Source: Eledone cirrhosa (lineage: Eukaryota). Taken from it: a stretch of 64,000 nt of DNA. The stretch covers positions 223,882,001 through 223,946,000 of the forward strand of contig OZ024740.1 of the NCBI GenBank assembly GCA_964016885.1. The letters are read 5' to 3'. This document shows, one piece after another, positions 1-12,549 of the stretch. Under the pieces are notes generated by a model. That model did no database searches. It worked only from the letters and a program-made list of their open reading frames with translations, and was not told the DNA's origin. Within the stretch, counting starts at the first letter, position 1. The number at the start of each line of letters is the position of its first letter. A program made the position numbers and the translations under genes.

Positions 1-227
1 CTTTCAGATTATAGTATTCTAAACATTGTTTCCAATGAATATTGCTGACTAGTTTTGAGTAAGGCTTGAAGCAATTCATGGAAGTAGATTGGAAATGATT
101 AGTCAAGTAAGAAGGAATAAATAAATTAAAAGGTTTGTAAATTAAGATAAGATTATAATCAACATATTGTCTTCATCATCATCACCATCAACACCATTTA
201 ACATCTATTTGCCATTGTTGCTTGGGT

Positions 228-831
228 TATATGTGTTGTCACATTCTGAGTTTAGACTGTTCAGATGACTGTATCTCACTCATCAGTTCTATTTTGGCAT
301 TGTTTATATGGATGTCTGGCCTTCCTAATGCCAAACATGTCATGACACCAGCATTACTACTTTACTGTGTAAGCAGGGTGCATTTTATCATGACACTAAC
401 ACTGCCATTTTACAGTGTTGCAGGCATTAGCATTTATCACATTTCAGTACTAGGACACTTATTGTCTGCAGCCAAAAGATGGGGAAAGAAGGCAAAGAGT
501 GGAAAAGAGAGTAAGAGGTGGAGTGAGGGAAAGGGGATGGAAAAGGGGTAAAGAGGGATAAAGTGGGCAAAAAAGGGTGTCACATTCCTCTCCTCTCCTC
601 TTCTTTCCTTTCCCCACTACTCTTTCTTTCATGTTTAACAGAAATATAAAATGGCAGTGTTAGTGTCATGATAAAATGAACCATGCTTACACAGTAAAGT
701 AGTAATGCTGGTGTCATGACATGTTTGGCATTAGGAAGGACAGACATCCATATAAACAATGCCAAAATAGAACTGATGAGTGAGATACAGTCATCTGAAC
801 AGTCTAGACTCAGAATGTGACAACAACATAA
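228..831. repeat. Inverted duplication, arms of about 185 bp (about 228-412 and 647-831), of an RTE/OK-SINE-like fragment
   Basis: 647-831 is the near-exact reverse complement of 228-412. ORFs 222..551(+) and 580..840(-) give nearly the same peptide. Confidence 0.9.
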
Positions 832-2426
832 AGAAGGCAAAAACTAGTGAAATATGGTGTCAAGGAGAATGAGAGGTATGGAGGAAGGGAAGGAATAGTA
901 GGCAAATGGAGTAAAGAGAATAAATAAGGATAAAAATTGAAAGACAGTGAAAGAAGGGCACAAGTGGGAAAGAGAAGAAAGAGAGTAAAGAGGTGTTTTA
1001 TTGGTGATTATTGTAACATGAACAATGGGGGAATACATTTCCATTGAAATGTAACAAAATTAGTCCTTTATGTTTTTGATATTAATGCATATTTAACAGA
1101 TGTTTGATAACAGCTAGTCTAGCCATAATAATCTTGTGATTTTAAATTTATGTAGCATTAAATTAGCCAATGTATCGTTTTTGTGGTTAATATAGTATGG
1201 TTCACTTGATGAAGAATCGGTTGCTATTTTTGGATGGCAAGTGTTAACATAAAGACTCCATTATTGGAGTTGCTTATGATGTACAAGTAGATTTACTGTA
1301 AATATCTTATGCTGAGTAGAAATGCAGAATGACTTTAGTGTTTGATGGCCACCCACTTAGCTATGAAGATTGAAACCATGTCTATCATAATAAGGTGTGA
1401 CTTGACAAATATATACATATATTGAAAGAGATAATAGAAGACAAAGCAAACTGGTGATATATCATATTACAAGTTTATGAGACAGTACTTCTTCTGTTAT
1501 ATCCTGTATGTTACATATAACAATGCTTTAATTCTGTTTGATATGAATTTTTTAATATAATAACTCCTTGCATGCAAATGCCTGATATATGTAGGCTATG
1601 TAAATCTTTAAGTGTGTCTAATGTTGCAGATAGAGAGAACTATGGGAAATAGGAGTAATGATTGGCATAAGCATTTTAATAAATTCTTAGAAAATGTAGA
1701 AATCCCAAATGCAGAATTTAACTGTAACTGCAATTGATGGCTATATATAATAGCTAAGAAAATCAGATAAACTACCCATATAGATGGAAAAAAGTGGCCA
1801 GCAGCTGCTATGAATAATCAAACTCTATACCTCACAATTCCTATATTTGGGATTTCTAAATTTAATTTAGAATTTCTGATCTATTTAAAATTCCAATGAA
1901 TTATTTTCTAAATCATTATAATATAGACAAGTTTCACATCTATATTCTGTCTCAGAAAATACTCTTTTATTGTGTGTAAGATGATCAATAGGGCAATAAG
2001 TTACAATTTTTTCAATGAGCTTGCTTATGTAGTTGGGTGATAAACAAAATTTCTGAGTTAAGTTTGGTCCTTGTTTTTATGAGAAAAGAGAGGGTTGATT
2101 TTTTCTACAGACCTTCCAATATGCAAATATTTACGAATATGTTTGTAATTCCTTGATGACTGAGACAATAAATGTTTCAGAAAATATTTCTGAGATGGTT
2201 AGGGGTAAAGATATCAACTTCAAATAAGTTTAAATTAGATGTAAGAGACACTTCCTAAATTATTGCCCAATAGTTGTGATTGGTACATATGAAGATTATT
2301 TCATCATAAAACATATATATTGTGTAAGGGAATGAATTAAAATTAACAACATGCATGGATACTTATAGTATAAGAAAGAACGCTTTTATTTCCTTGGACA
2401 AGCATTTCTTTACAGAAATTTGTAGA

Positions 2427-2578
2427 TGCAGGCATACCTGAGTGGTTAAGAAATTTGCTTTACTGTCGTGAGATCCAAGGTTGAATATCAGAGTGTGGTC
2501 TTGGGCAAGTGGTTTTACCATAGCTTCAGATAGTTTTGTTAATGAAATTGGGTTGGCAGAACCTTTATGGAAGCCTCT
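2427..2578 (+). mobile_element. Decayed tRNA-derived SINE
   Basis: A-box-like GCAGGCATACCTGAGTGGTTAAGAA, then CTTGGGCAAGTG and TGAAATTGGGTTGGCAGAA blocks shared with the SINE copies at 43.3 kb and 50.2 kb. Confidence 0.55.
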
Positions 2579-3292
2579 CAGATAGAGTGTACTTATAATT
2601 TCAACCTCCAGCCTTCCCACATATTGTTAGAAATTATGCCTCCCCCAACAAAAGCTAAACTTCATGAAAGAGATAACACAGGATCAAGCAAACTAGTGAT
2701 ATATCATATTATAAATGACTTGTCCCCCAGTAAAAGCACTGAAACATTAAAAGTATATATTTTGAGAGATTAGAGGCGACATTGTTTAGAAAATGAACAA
2801 AGGTCTGAGCTTCCACTTCAGTTTGAACTTTCATGTGACAACCTCTCTACTGCTAGTGCCACAACAACATTCACCTAGTCCAATCTGCAAAAGTGTGTCT
2901 GCACTTGTTACAGCTATCATCCTTCAAACCCATTATAAGCCTTGTATTAGCATTGCACATCCACCAAAGTATTCATGCTTCTTTGGTTTCTTGTCTTTTC
3001 AAATTCTCTTCATTCATGACCCTTATGCAATATAGGACTTCAAAGACAAAAAACATGATCCCTGTTGCTCACTCAAAGAAACTCTTTTTTAATAGTGGTT
3101 AATAACTCTTTAAACTTTTCCAAGCCTGTTTACAGTGTAGGTATTATATTTTCAGACCACTCCTCTTTGCTGCTAATTAAGTCATTTAACTAACAAAATC
3201 TGTCAACTTCTAGGTAACTGTGGAATTTAGCCTCTGAAAATCATCCATAATTTACACAAAGTACATTGTATTTTCTACTCAGCATGTATGTT

Positions 3293-3455
<163 letters not shown>

Positions 3456-5014
3456 ATTTGTACAAATGGATGAAATACCCTTCAATATATGAAGGGGAAT
3501 TTTGTTATTTGTTTGAAGCTGATAATTCTCTGATAATTCACTCCGACTTACTGGCTTTGTGAGTTCATTCAAGTGATCAATCTTCTCCTGATATTCTAAT
3601 ACATGAATAAAATTAGTTATTGTTGGAACAATTGGGTTTTGTGTCTCCATAATTGTTAAATTCATACATTCTCACTCTAAACATAATATATTGTTAAGAC
3701 TTGCTGTCATTAAATTGTACATTCTGTTATTATGGTTGCCCCAATAGAATTTCCGTGTTGTAATACTCATTGAAGTGGCAGAACGGCTTCAACTTGAATT
3801 GGCTTGAAATTTACAGCTTCTAGAGATAACTTAGCCATGGCTGTGTCTTTGGAAATTTTGTAGAACAATTTGCATTTCATTTAGAATATGGCTCTACATT
3901 GAAACCACTGCAACATTGGAACCATACATAAAATCCTCACTGAATATATCATCTATAGACTAAAAGTTTCAATATGAGTGCTAAATGTTTCATAGTAGAT
4001 CATGATAATGGTGGTGTTGTTGGGAGTAATGTTGGTGTTGGTTATGGTGAACATCATCATTATAACCATTTTATCATCCATATTTTCATGCTGGCATGGG
4101 TTGGATGGATTGTTACAAACCAGTTCAATATGTAATTGGCGCTACTGTTCTTTTATTTGGGCTGTAGGACTACATCTCTTTCAATACATTCCATTTCTTA
4201 CAATTCATAAATGTAAATTTAATTCTCTTCAATATTGTATTTTATCAATTTAATTCAATATTTCATCTTGTTGAATCATTTGCTTCTCTCTAAATATTGT
4301 ATTTTATAATTGTAAATTCTAGCAGCTTAAACACATTAATCTAGATTAATATAGAGAAATGTTGGCTGACATAATTAATGAACTAATAATAGTGAGAAGA
4401 AAAATGTTATTGTTACTGACAATTTTCTTCAAGGAAGGCAAATAAAAAGAACTCAAAACTAAAATTGATTAACTCTATGAGTGTCTGGTAGTGAGGATGC
4501 TTGGCTATATCCTACATGCTTGGCATTTCATTCCCCCTCACACATCTGTTTACTATTTATATTTACATTATGTTCTGTATGAATTAACAATTGTTTTTAA
4601 CCAAGTTTTTCAGGAAAGCATTACCTTAATTTCTGCCACATTTATTCATTTATTCATATTGGTTCAGATGCACAGGGTTTGGGTTTGCACAGGTTGCAAG
4701 AAATCAAAGTTGAATGGGTTAAGAAATTAAATGGAGATATGCAGTAAGGAGTGAGTGAGATTATGGTAAGTACAGCCACAACAGGTTTTGGTTTTATTAG
4801 AAATGATGCAATAGTTTGTGATTGTATTCTTATGGTTGCGTCATTTAAACAAAATAACTTCCATTAGAATGTAACTTTTTAGCTTCATAGGATAATGGAA
4901 AATCTAGTAAAGAAATGCAGAAATGTTATTTTTCAGAAGGTGACTCAAATTAATTCAAAGACCCACTCATTGGTAATTCAAATGTGTTAACATAAATAAT
5001 AGCAAAACATAGAT

Positions 5015-5468
5015 TTTGAGTTTCTAACTCAATATCTGATATTGTCGTCTCCATCCCGTTGAGCTAATTTAAATGCTGTGTAAACCTGGCTGCTATTTTA
5101 ACAGCATAAGTTTATAAGAGATGCTAGGCTCTGAAGACATGTGCGTTATTTCATATTCGCACACTATTCAGTCTCCTGATATACTTAGAAGTGGAAAGAT
5201 TGCTAATTGTTAACACCTACTGATGAGCAGAAAGTTTGTGATTCCTTCGCTTAATAATTTGCGAAACAGTTCCTATAACTGTCTAGGTGTTTCAGGCAGT
5301 TGCCCAATATAGGTTTGTTTTTCTTTCTCTTGATTTATTACTTTAAATTAAGTCTGGCAAACCATATGGTTATAGTTAGTATTTCTTTCCCCTAGTGAAC
5401 CTGGTTCTTTACAATTCGAACACATGTATGTTTATATTAGTGTTTATCTCTCTTGTATATTCAATTAT
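5015..5468 (+). mobile_element. Non-coding hammerhead-carrying repeat, family A, copy 1 (retrozyme or Penelope pLTR-like)
   Basis: Colinear with the reverse complement of 48077-48535 (shared GAGTTTCTAACTCA, GGCTGCTATTTT, CTGAAGAC, TTAGAAGTGGA, TTGCCCAATATAGG, AACACATGTATGTTTATATTAGTGTT). Contains a hammerhead and no ORF. Confidence 0.8.
5212..5291 (+). ncRNA. Type I hammerhead ribozyme with intact core, predicted cleavage after C5283
   Basis: Helix I AACACCTA/TAGGTGTT, core CTGATGA, helix II GCAGA/TTTGC closing a long loop, GAA, helix III ACAGTT-cctat-AACTGT, GUC triplet. Confidence 0.9.
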
Positions 5469-6370
5469 AAAACATTCATAGATATTTAAGCAGTTTATGC
5501 CTCAATGAAGAATAACTTACTTAGAAATATATTTCTGAAGTTCATGGTTTATTTTTATAAGTTTCTTTATTTATTAAGGAGAGGGTGTATGGTAAACATT
5601 CTCCTTGATTATAATTAAGGAATATTTACCATAAGAAGGAGGTATATATTTCATATTTTGGATTTTCATTTAACTTACTTCAGAATAACTTTTAACCTAT
5701 TCATATATAGGAAGTCAAAGTAAACAATACCAGTAATATATAAATATGACAGTTTCATGAATGCATGCATTAGATAAAATAAATTTAATCACTTACTGAG
5801 TATATCTACACTATTTATTTACTCAATTATTTTTCATGAATCTCTATTGCTGGTGCAATGATAACATGAAGCCTGTACACATAAATGATGATTGAACTGA
5901 GACAATGTAGGATAGAGAAGATCCTTTAATTTTGTTTAGGACATAGCAATTTTTTAGTGTTGGTGCAATGATGAAGTGCACCAAGTATACTCTGCATTAG
6001 GACAGGTATCCTTTCATATAATCCTTGTAAAAAATTGGAATGTTTGTGTAATATGTGGTCCTCTAACCCATGTAGAAGGACAGTAACTCCAAATAAGAAT
6101 TAAATTAGATTCTAATAACCTATGTAACTCATGAAAAGTTGATGTAAAATGATGATGATGAGGATGATGAAATAAGTGAAATTACAGGGAACTCTCATAA
6201 TGGTAGTTATAACAGTAACATTGTTTCCTTTGTAATATATCTACAAGATATGTTTAAAGAATTAAACAATTTAGGAAATTATATAAAGAAAAGAAATGGA
6301 AATGGTATAAGGAATATAACTTAAGACAGCTGAGTTACAAATACTTCGAAAACATTTAACTTGGACATAT

Positions 6371-6541
6371 AATTGTTTCTACTTTAGGCACAAGGCCAGC
6401 AATTACCCAGAGTGCATTACTGGTACTTTATTTTATCGACCCCTCAGTCAACTTTGGCGGGATTTGAACTCAGATCGTAAAGGGACGTTACTATGCTGGA
6501 AAGCATGGCGTCTGACCCTCTACCGATACTGCCAATCCACC
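6371..6541 (-). mobile_element. tRNA-derived SINE resembling the octopus OR-type SINEs
   Basis: Minus strand reads GGTGGATTGGCAGTATCGGTAGAG (A-box-like), GAGTTCAAATCC (B box) and a 3' end GTAGAAACAATT. Highly similar copies at 22652 and 36226. Confidence 0.85.
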
Positions 6542-7109
6542 AAACCTGGACATATGATGTCATGTAGTAGCATACGTATATTCTATCAGTGATCCATTTT
6601 CATTGCTATTCGAAATGAAGGTGGTAAGTTGAATGTTGGTAGTCTGTTACATTGTGTTTCTATGAGTTGGAGTAAATCAAAATACTATTCTATACCAAGG
6701 TTTAGTTAATTATACCCTTGAACCTTTACAAAAACAGATTCTTGTATGTGAGGAGAGAAAGAAGTTTCTAAATTACAACAGAAAACAGATGGACTCAAAC
6801 TCTCATTGGATATATAAAGGTTTGTAGCAGTTAATTACAAAATCAGAATTATTGGATTTATTAAGTACCATAATGGCAAGTTATGGAAAGAATGTTGCTT
6901 CTAAAAGCAACCCCGTGATTCACTAATTTAATTTTCATTTCATTAATATCAGATTAATATTTGCCAATAGGGATCTTCGTAGCACAGTAGGCAGCACACC
7001 ACTTTCATAAAACTGATTACTTTAGATATTTCTACAGGGAACAAGAATCATTCTATAGATTGAACTGCAATTTGAAAACTATATAAAAAGAAAGGATGTT
7101 ATAATGCTA

Positions 7110-7579
<470 letters not shown>

Positions 7580-7582
7580 TAG

Positions 7583-8039
7583 AATTAGAATATAGCTTCG
7601 AGCATATCTGTGTGTATACAGATATGTATTGGAATTTCGTATTTCTAAAGAAATACGGTATGTTTATAAATAAACATTTAGAAAGCCGTAGCTATGCACA
7701 CATACTGGCAGTTAATTGGATTATATTATATGTTGAGCCAACTTATAAAACTTCATATGTAAATGAGATTAATCATCTAATTTACACAGATGAGAAAACT
7801 ATATATTCTCACCTGTTTTCAAAGTCCAGCAATTGCAAGAGTGGGAGGGATAATCCTGATGAGAATCAGTTCAGTTCGAAATGCATCAATGAATGTCCCC
7901 CTTGCTTCTGCTGGACACGGGTGTGTTTGCATAGCTACGGATTTCTAAATGTTTATTTATAGACATACCATATTTCTTTAGAAATAAGAAATTCCAATGC
8001 ATATCTGTATACAGCTATGCTCGAAGCTAAATTCTAATT
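7583..8039 (+). mobile_element. Non-coding hammerhead element, family B, copy with inverted terminal arms
   Basis: 7583-7705 is the reverse complement of 7921-8039. The core 7731-8039 is homologous to 26910-27194. Confidence 0.85.
7848..7899 (+). ncRNA. Minimal type I hammerhead ribozyme with degraded helix I
   Basis: CTGATGA-GAAT(cagttca)GTTC-GAA-ATGCAT-C, with palindromic ATGCAT in place of helix III. Homologous to the clean copy at 27010. Confidence 0.7.
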
Positions 8040-8299
8040 ATGTGTATATATATAAATATATATATATACATGCATGTATATATAAAATGATTTTTAATCG
8101 TCCTTATCTATAGTTATTTTCTACATTGCATGAAACATATGTAAAACAAATAATTCTCCCTAAATTCTTGGTTGCATTATCATTTATGATATCATCATCA
8201 TCATCATAGTTTAATGTTCATTTTTCCATGCTTGCATAGGTTAGAAGAGTCTTTTCTCGTACAAACTTCCTCTGCTTGTTTCTTTCCTTTGTCAGTTAC

Positions 8300-8700
8300 C
8301 TAAAAACCAAACTCACTTTCTTCAATTCGGTTTTTTGTGTCAACCTTTACCTATGGTCATGAATCTTGGGTAATGACTGAGAGAATATGATCGTGAATAC
8401 AAGTGGCTGAAGTGGGATTTCTCTTCATGGTTTTCGTAGTAATGTTACTCAATAAAGTGCTTAACTCGGATATCAGAGAGTCACTCCAAGTAGAGCTGCT
8501 ACTTCTTCAAATTGAGAGATCATACTTCTGATACTATGCGTATGTAGTTAGAATGTCTCAAGAAATAATTGCTGGAAAGATTTTATGAGCAAAACCAATT
8601 GGCAAGAGACCGAGGGGTAGAACCCATGCAAGATGGTTGGATAACATCCATGAGCTTGGCTGGTCATGCTTAGGGATCCAGCCAGATCAGTTGGAGACAT
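8300..8700 (+). mobile_element. Decayed 3' fragment of an RTE-clade LINE
   Basis: Translates with stops and shifts to KTKLTFFNSVF..TYGHESWVMTE..IQVAEVGFL and GKRPRGRTHARWLDNI, typical of the RTE C-terminus. Paralog at 37575. Confidence 0.75.
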
Positions 8701-8907
8701 TTGCTTCTGCCAGCCCATCTAATCACTTGGCAGAATGCAAGAACATGCCCACTGAATGGTCTCTGCTTGAGTACTGATGGTCTGTGATGACCAATCCTAT
8801 ATTGCTAGCTGAGTAAACCAATGTTAAATGGTGATGAGGATAATGTTGATGATGAAATTATATATTCTCTGCTAATGTGTGTTGCAGAAGGGTAAATAGT
8901 ATACTTA

Positions 8908-8943
<36 letters not shown>

Positions 8944-8978
8944 GTGGAACGAAACATTTTTTTTTTATGAATGTGGCA

Positions 8979-9602
8979 AAGCCGCCCATTTATCGCTCAT
9001 ATACAGGAAACTGACTGGCCAGTCTGCTGATATGCAAATCTGGCTGATCAATGGATCTGCTAATATGCAGATCTGACTTATCAGCCAGTCTGCTGATATG
9101 CAAATCTGGCTGATCAGTGGATCTGCTAATATGCAGATCTGACTTATCAGCCAGTCTGCTAATATGCAAATCAGGCCGATCAGTCACTGTATATTTTAGA
9201 AAATAGCATATATTTTCACTAGCTCTGACAGTTAGCAGGGGAACAGTGAGCTGTAGTGATGAAGGGTAATACCCAGAAACATTAGTGTCTGCAGTTCTGT
9301 TTACATGCCAATACAAGAGCAAGAATGAAGGGTTCATTGTACTGACATGGCTTTAAAAATTGAGGCTTTTTTGCATAATTGCAAACGAATCGAATGTTAT
9401 TATTAATGTTCGAAAGCCAGCCATTTATCGCTCATATACAGGAAACTGACTGGCCAGTCTGCTGATATGCAAATCTGGCTGATTAGTGGATCTGCTAATA
9501 TGCAGATATGACTGATCAGCGAGTCTGCTAATATGCAAATCATGCCGATCAGTCACTGCATATTTTAGAAAATAATTGTAAACGAATCGAATGTTATTAT
9601 TA
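8979..9602. repeat. Local duplication containing a 33-bp minisatellite with a 66-bp higher-order dimer
   Basis: 8979-9204 recurs, shortened, at 9414-9573. Units alternate TCTGCTGATATGCAAATC and TCTGCTAATATGCAGATC every 33 bp. Confidence 0.9.
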
Positions 9603-11112
9603 CTATTCAAAAAACTCAGATTATATATATATATATATATGTATATGCACTTATTTCTGAGCTTGGTTCTGTCATCCTAGAGAGAAGAATAAGCATATGA
9701 CAAATTTTACGTGGCTATTCTAATATTTTCCTGAGATCAATATATACATATATATCCTTGCATAATGATCTACCAAAATAAGCTATCAAATTCAGCTAGA
9801 GCTATTACTAAATATTTTCTATTTTTTTTTTTTTTGTTTAGAGTAGTCAAATTGCTGTGTCTATTCAAACACCTCTAAATGAAACGGTGAAATTCAAATA
9901 ATTTTGCATGTCCTTAATTTACAGTATTGATATATCACAGTCAGATGCTGTCATACTGAAAAGAAAATGTTGTCAAGATTGCGTGCATGTGTGCATGAGC
10001 TTATATGTATTTTAATCTTTTTTACATTAATGCATGCGAAAAAACTCTCATACCTGCATTAAAAATGATGGCTTGGTTTTTCCTGTACTTTTATACTGAT
10101 AAGGGAAATATGTTTCTCAAAGTTAAGAATTAGTACATTCATGATTTATGAATCTCAGATGTAGCCTATGCTTTCATTCTGGCTCCATCTATACAAATCT
10201 AACTTTGATCTTCTTTATGCTTACTTCCATAATTCCCATTTAAAAAGAAAAAGTTTATTCCTGTCTATTGCTCAATAACAATGTTTCCTTCATCTCGTAT
10301 AATAATGCTTTACTTTTTGCTTCTTTTCTAAAGACACCAGTAATTATGGATTGTGCATGTTCGCAATCAACCATTATTTTGTCTTAACTTTTTATGCTAT
10401 CATTTCTGTATGCTTAACATGATGGTTAATGATAAAGACAAGACTTTAACATTAAGCATGGTTAATTGACATGAGATCAAAGCATGTTTTAGATCTGACT
10501 ATATTTCCTATCTCTAATATTAGAGTTTTAATGCAATTGGCTATGACAAAATGTCAAGTAATTCAAGGTGAGAAGAAATAAAAAATAAAAAATCTTTATG
10601 AATAATATAAATATGATTGTACAAATACAACTATGGTCGTAGGAGATATATATAATGCTAGCATGGGAAATGGATGTTAAATGGTGATGATGAGGATGAT
10701 ATATATGGATGTGCTTTTCTCAGCCTAATGAGTTCTGATGACATAAATGAGCCTTGAGTATCTTCTGTACTAAGTATCTTGTATTACTGTTTTGATGAAT
10801 GCTCAACTGATGCATGTGGTTAATTTTGGTATGTCTGAGGCTGGTATTTTCATGGTGTGTAGTGTGTATGCTAGTTTGATCTGTCTGCTCAACACCCACA
10901 TGCAAGTTGGGTGGGAATAAGGTGGTCTTTTGCTTGGTCAAGGAAAGTTCTGATGATTTCTTATGAATGAAAGAAGCGGTCTAGTCCTGTAGAATTCATT
11001 TCTATAATAAAATTAAGATGCCAATACTCTACTAAGGTATTGAGTACATTTTTTAACAATCATCACCTTCTGATATACAGCAGAAATCTATCTATCTATC
11101 TATCTATCTATC

Positions 11113-11197
<85 letters not shown>

Positions 11198-11229
11198 TAT
11201 ATGTTCAGAACTATATATACTGATCTCTA

Positions 11230-11760
11230 TAGAGAAGTGACAGACATAGCTGCATCTCAGATTGAAGATCACATCAACACCACCTGGAAAAATAGCTGCA
11301 GACAAAGACAACTCCCCAACAAATATAAAAACAAACTCACCTCCTGAAACAGCAGACTCCCAACATTCTACCACCTCATTACAACCCACAAAACCAGTGT
11401 TAATCTACAGAATAGACCAATTGTCTCAAGTAGAGAAGGATCCCTCTATAACATCTCCTGGTTCCTCTCCCAGATCCTGAAGACTATGCTAGCTACTTTT
11501 CTTGGACATGTCAGCAGCTCAGATGAAGTCATACAAAGACTATATCAACAACAGCCTAACCATCTTAAACTCAACAGATATGTCTTTAGCCTTGAGGCTG
11601 ATACCCTCTACACGACAATACCAACTCACTTAGAGGTCTATCTAGTGATTGCCTGAATACTTTCATACAACAGATACTGCTTCAGCCTAACTGCACAAGA
11701 CATACATCAGCTTCTATCCATTACCGTAGAAAATACATATTTCACTTTCCACCACAACAA
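11230..11760 (+). mobile_element. Decayed Penelope-like RT fragment
   Basis: Manual translation SRLPTFYHLITTHKTSVNLQNRPIVSSREGSLYNISWFLSQILK..FSLEADTLYTTIP..ENTYFTF matches PLE RT motifs (FY.LPK.HK, RPIVS, SLYTNIP). Confidence 0.75.
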
Positions 11761-11927
11761 GAAAAAACAAAGCAAACATTACCTTGGTAACTTACGTTTC
11801 GTTGCCTCATCTTATAGTCCATTTTGCATTGTTTAGTGGTCTATCTCTTTCCACCTTATATATCATATACAATGCTTCAAGCAAACTGCAACAGTTTATT
11901 ATATGTATACAATATATATATATATAG

Positions 11928-12028
11928 GAATATGTTCAAGACATTTTCCTATTACCCACTCTACTACCATAAGTATTGAGTACTCTGGTGCGTTATGTTC
12001 CTCCTGGTTCCTTACCACACTTCTTTCG

Positions 12029-12030
<2 letters not shown>
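11928..12030 (+). repeat. 103-bp direct repeat, copy 1 (copy 2 at 14458-14560)
   Basis: TTCAAGACATTTTCCTATTACCCACTCTACTACC...CCACACTTCTTTCGTT occurs twice with few mismatches, each copy between (TA)n tracts. Confidence 0.92.
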
Positions 12031-12076
<46 letters not shown>

Positions 12077-12202
12077 GTTCTATTTAAATTGTTGGGATAC
12101 AACAAGCAAATATTTTTATAACTGATTTAAAGCACTCAACAAAATATTGGAGTAAAACTACGATATATTAACAAATGGAAACTATATTTATAAACCATAT
12201 TT

Positions 12203-12265
12203 ATTTCATTATACATATTTCAAGGACACCAAGTTAAATTATGGTGTGCTTTCATCAGATAAAAT
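12203..12265 (-). ncRNA. Type I hammerhead ribozyme, family C, minus arm of the palindrome
   Basis: Reverse complement of the motif at 12427-12489. Confidence 0.8.
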
Positions 12266-12426
12266 ATAATATAGATCAGTTTTATAAATAAATATTGACA
12301 TACCCATAAAGAATGCGACTATTTCTGTTGGAAGCTCCCGGATAGACTATCCGGGAGCTTCCAACAGAAATGGTCGCATTGTTTAAGGGTATGTCAATAT
12401 TTATTTATAAAACTGATCTATATTAT

Positions 12427-12489
12427 ATTTTATCTGATGAAAGCACACCATAATTTAACTTGGTGTCCTTGAAATATGTATAATGAAAT
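12427..12489 (+). ncRNA. Type I hammerhead ribozyme, family C, predicted cleavage after A12482
   Basis: Helix I ATTTTAT/ATGAAAT, core CTGATGA, helix II AAGcACACCA/TGGTGTcCTT, GAA-ATATGTAT-A with a short near-palindromic helix III. Confidence 0.8.
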
Positions 12490-12549
12490 AAATATGGTTT
12501 ATAAATATAGTTTCCATTTGTTAATATATCGTATATATATATATATATA

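Larger units (their letters stand above)
12072..12533. mobile_element. Solo Penelope pLTR (family C) in head-to-head palindromic form
   Basis: Near-perfect palindrome 12159-12533 centred on A12346. The left arm extends to 12072 and matches the reverse complement of about 57090-57325, the 3' end of the Naiad element. Confidence 0.85.

Noticed and set aside
773-815. CTGATGAG...GAAC hammerhead-like string
   Set aside because: GAAC instead of GAAA and no helix I pairing.
6371-6541. tRNA gene suggested by A and B boxes
   Set aside because: No cloverleaf. It is a multi-copy SINE head with a shared non-tRNA body.
8990-9610. ORFs with an 11-aa repeat (DLHISR), or a CRISPR-like array
   Set aside because: A 33-bp minisatellite with no unique spacers, no cas genes and a eukaryotic context.
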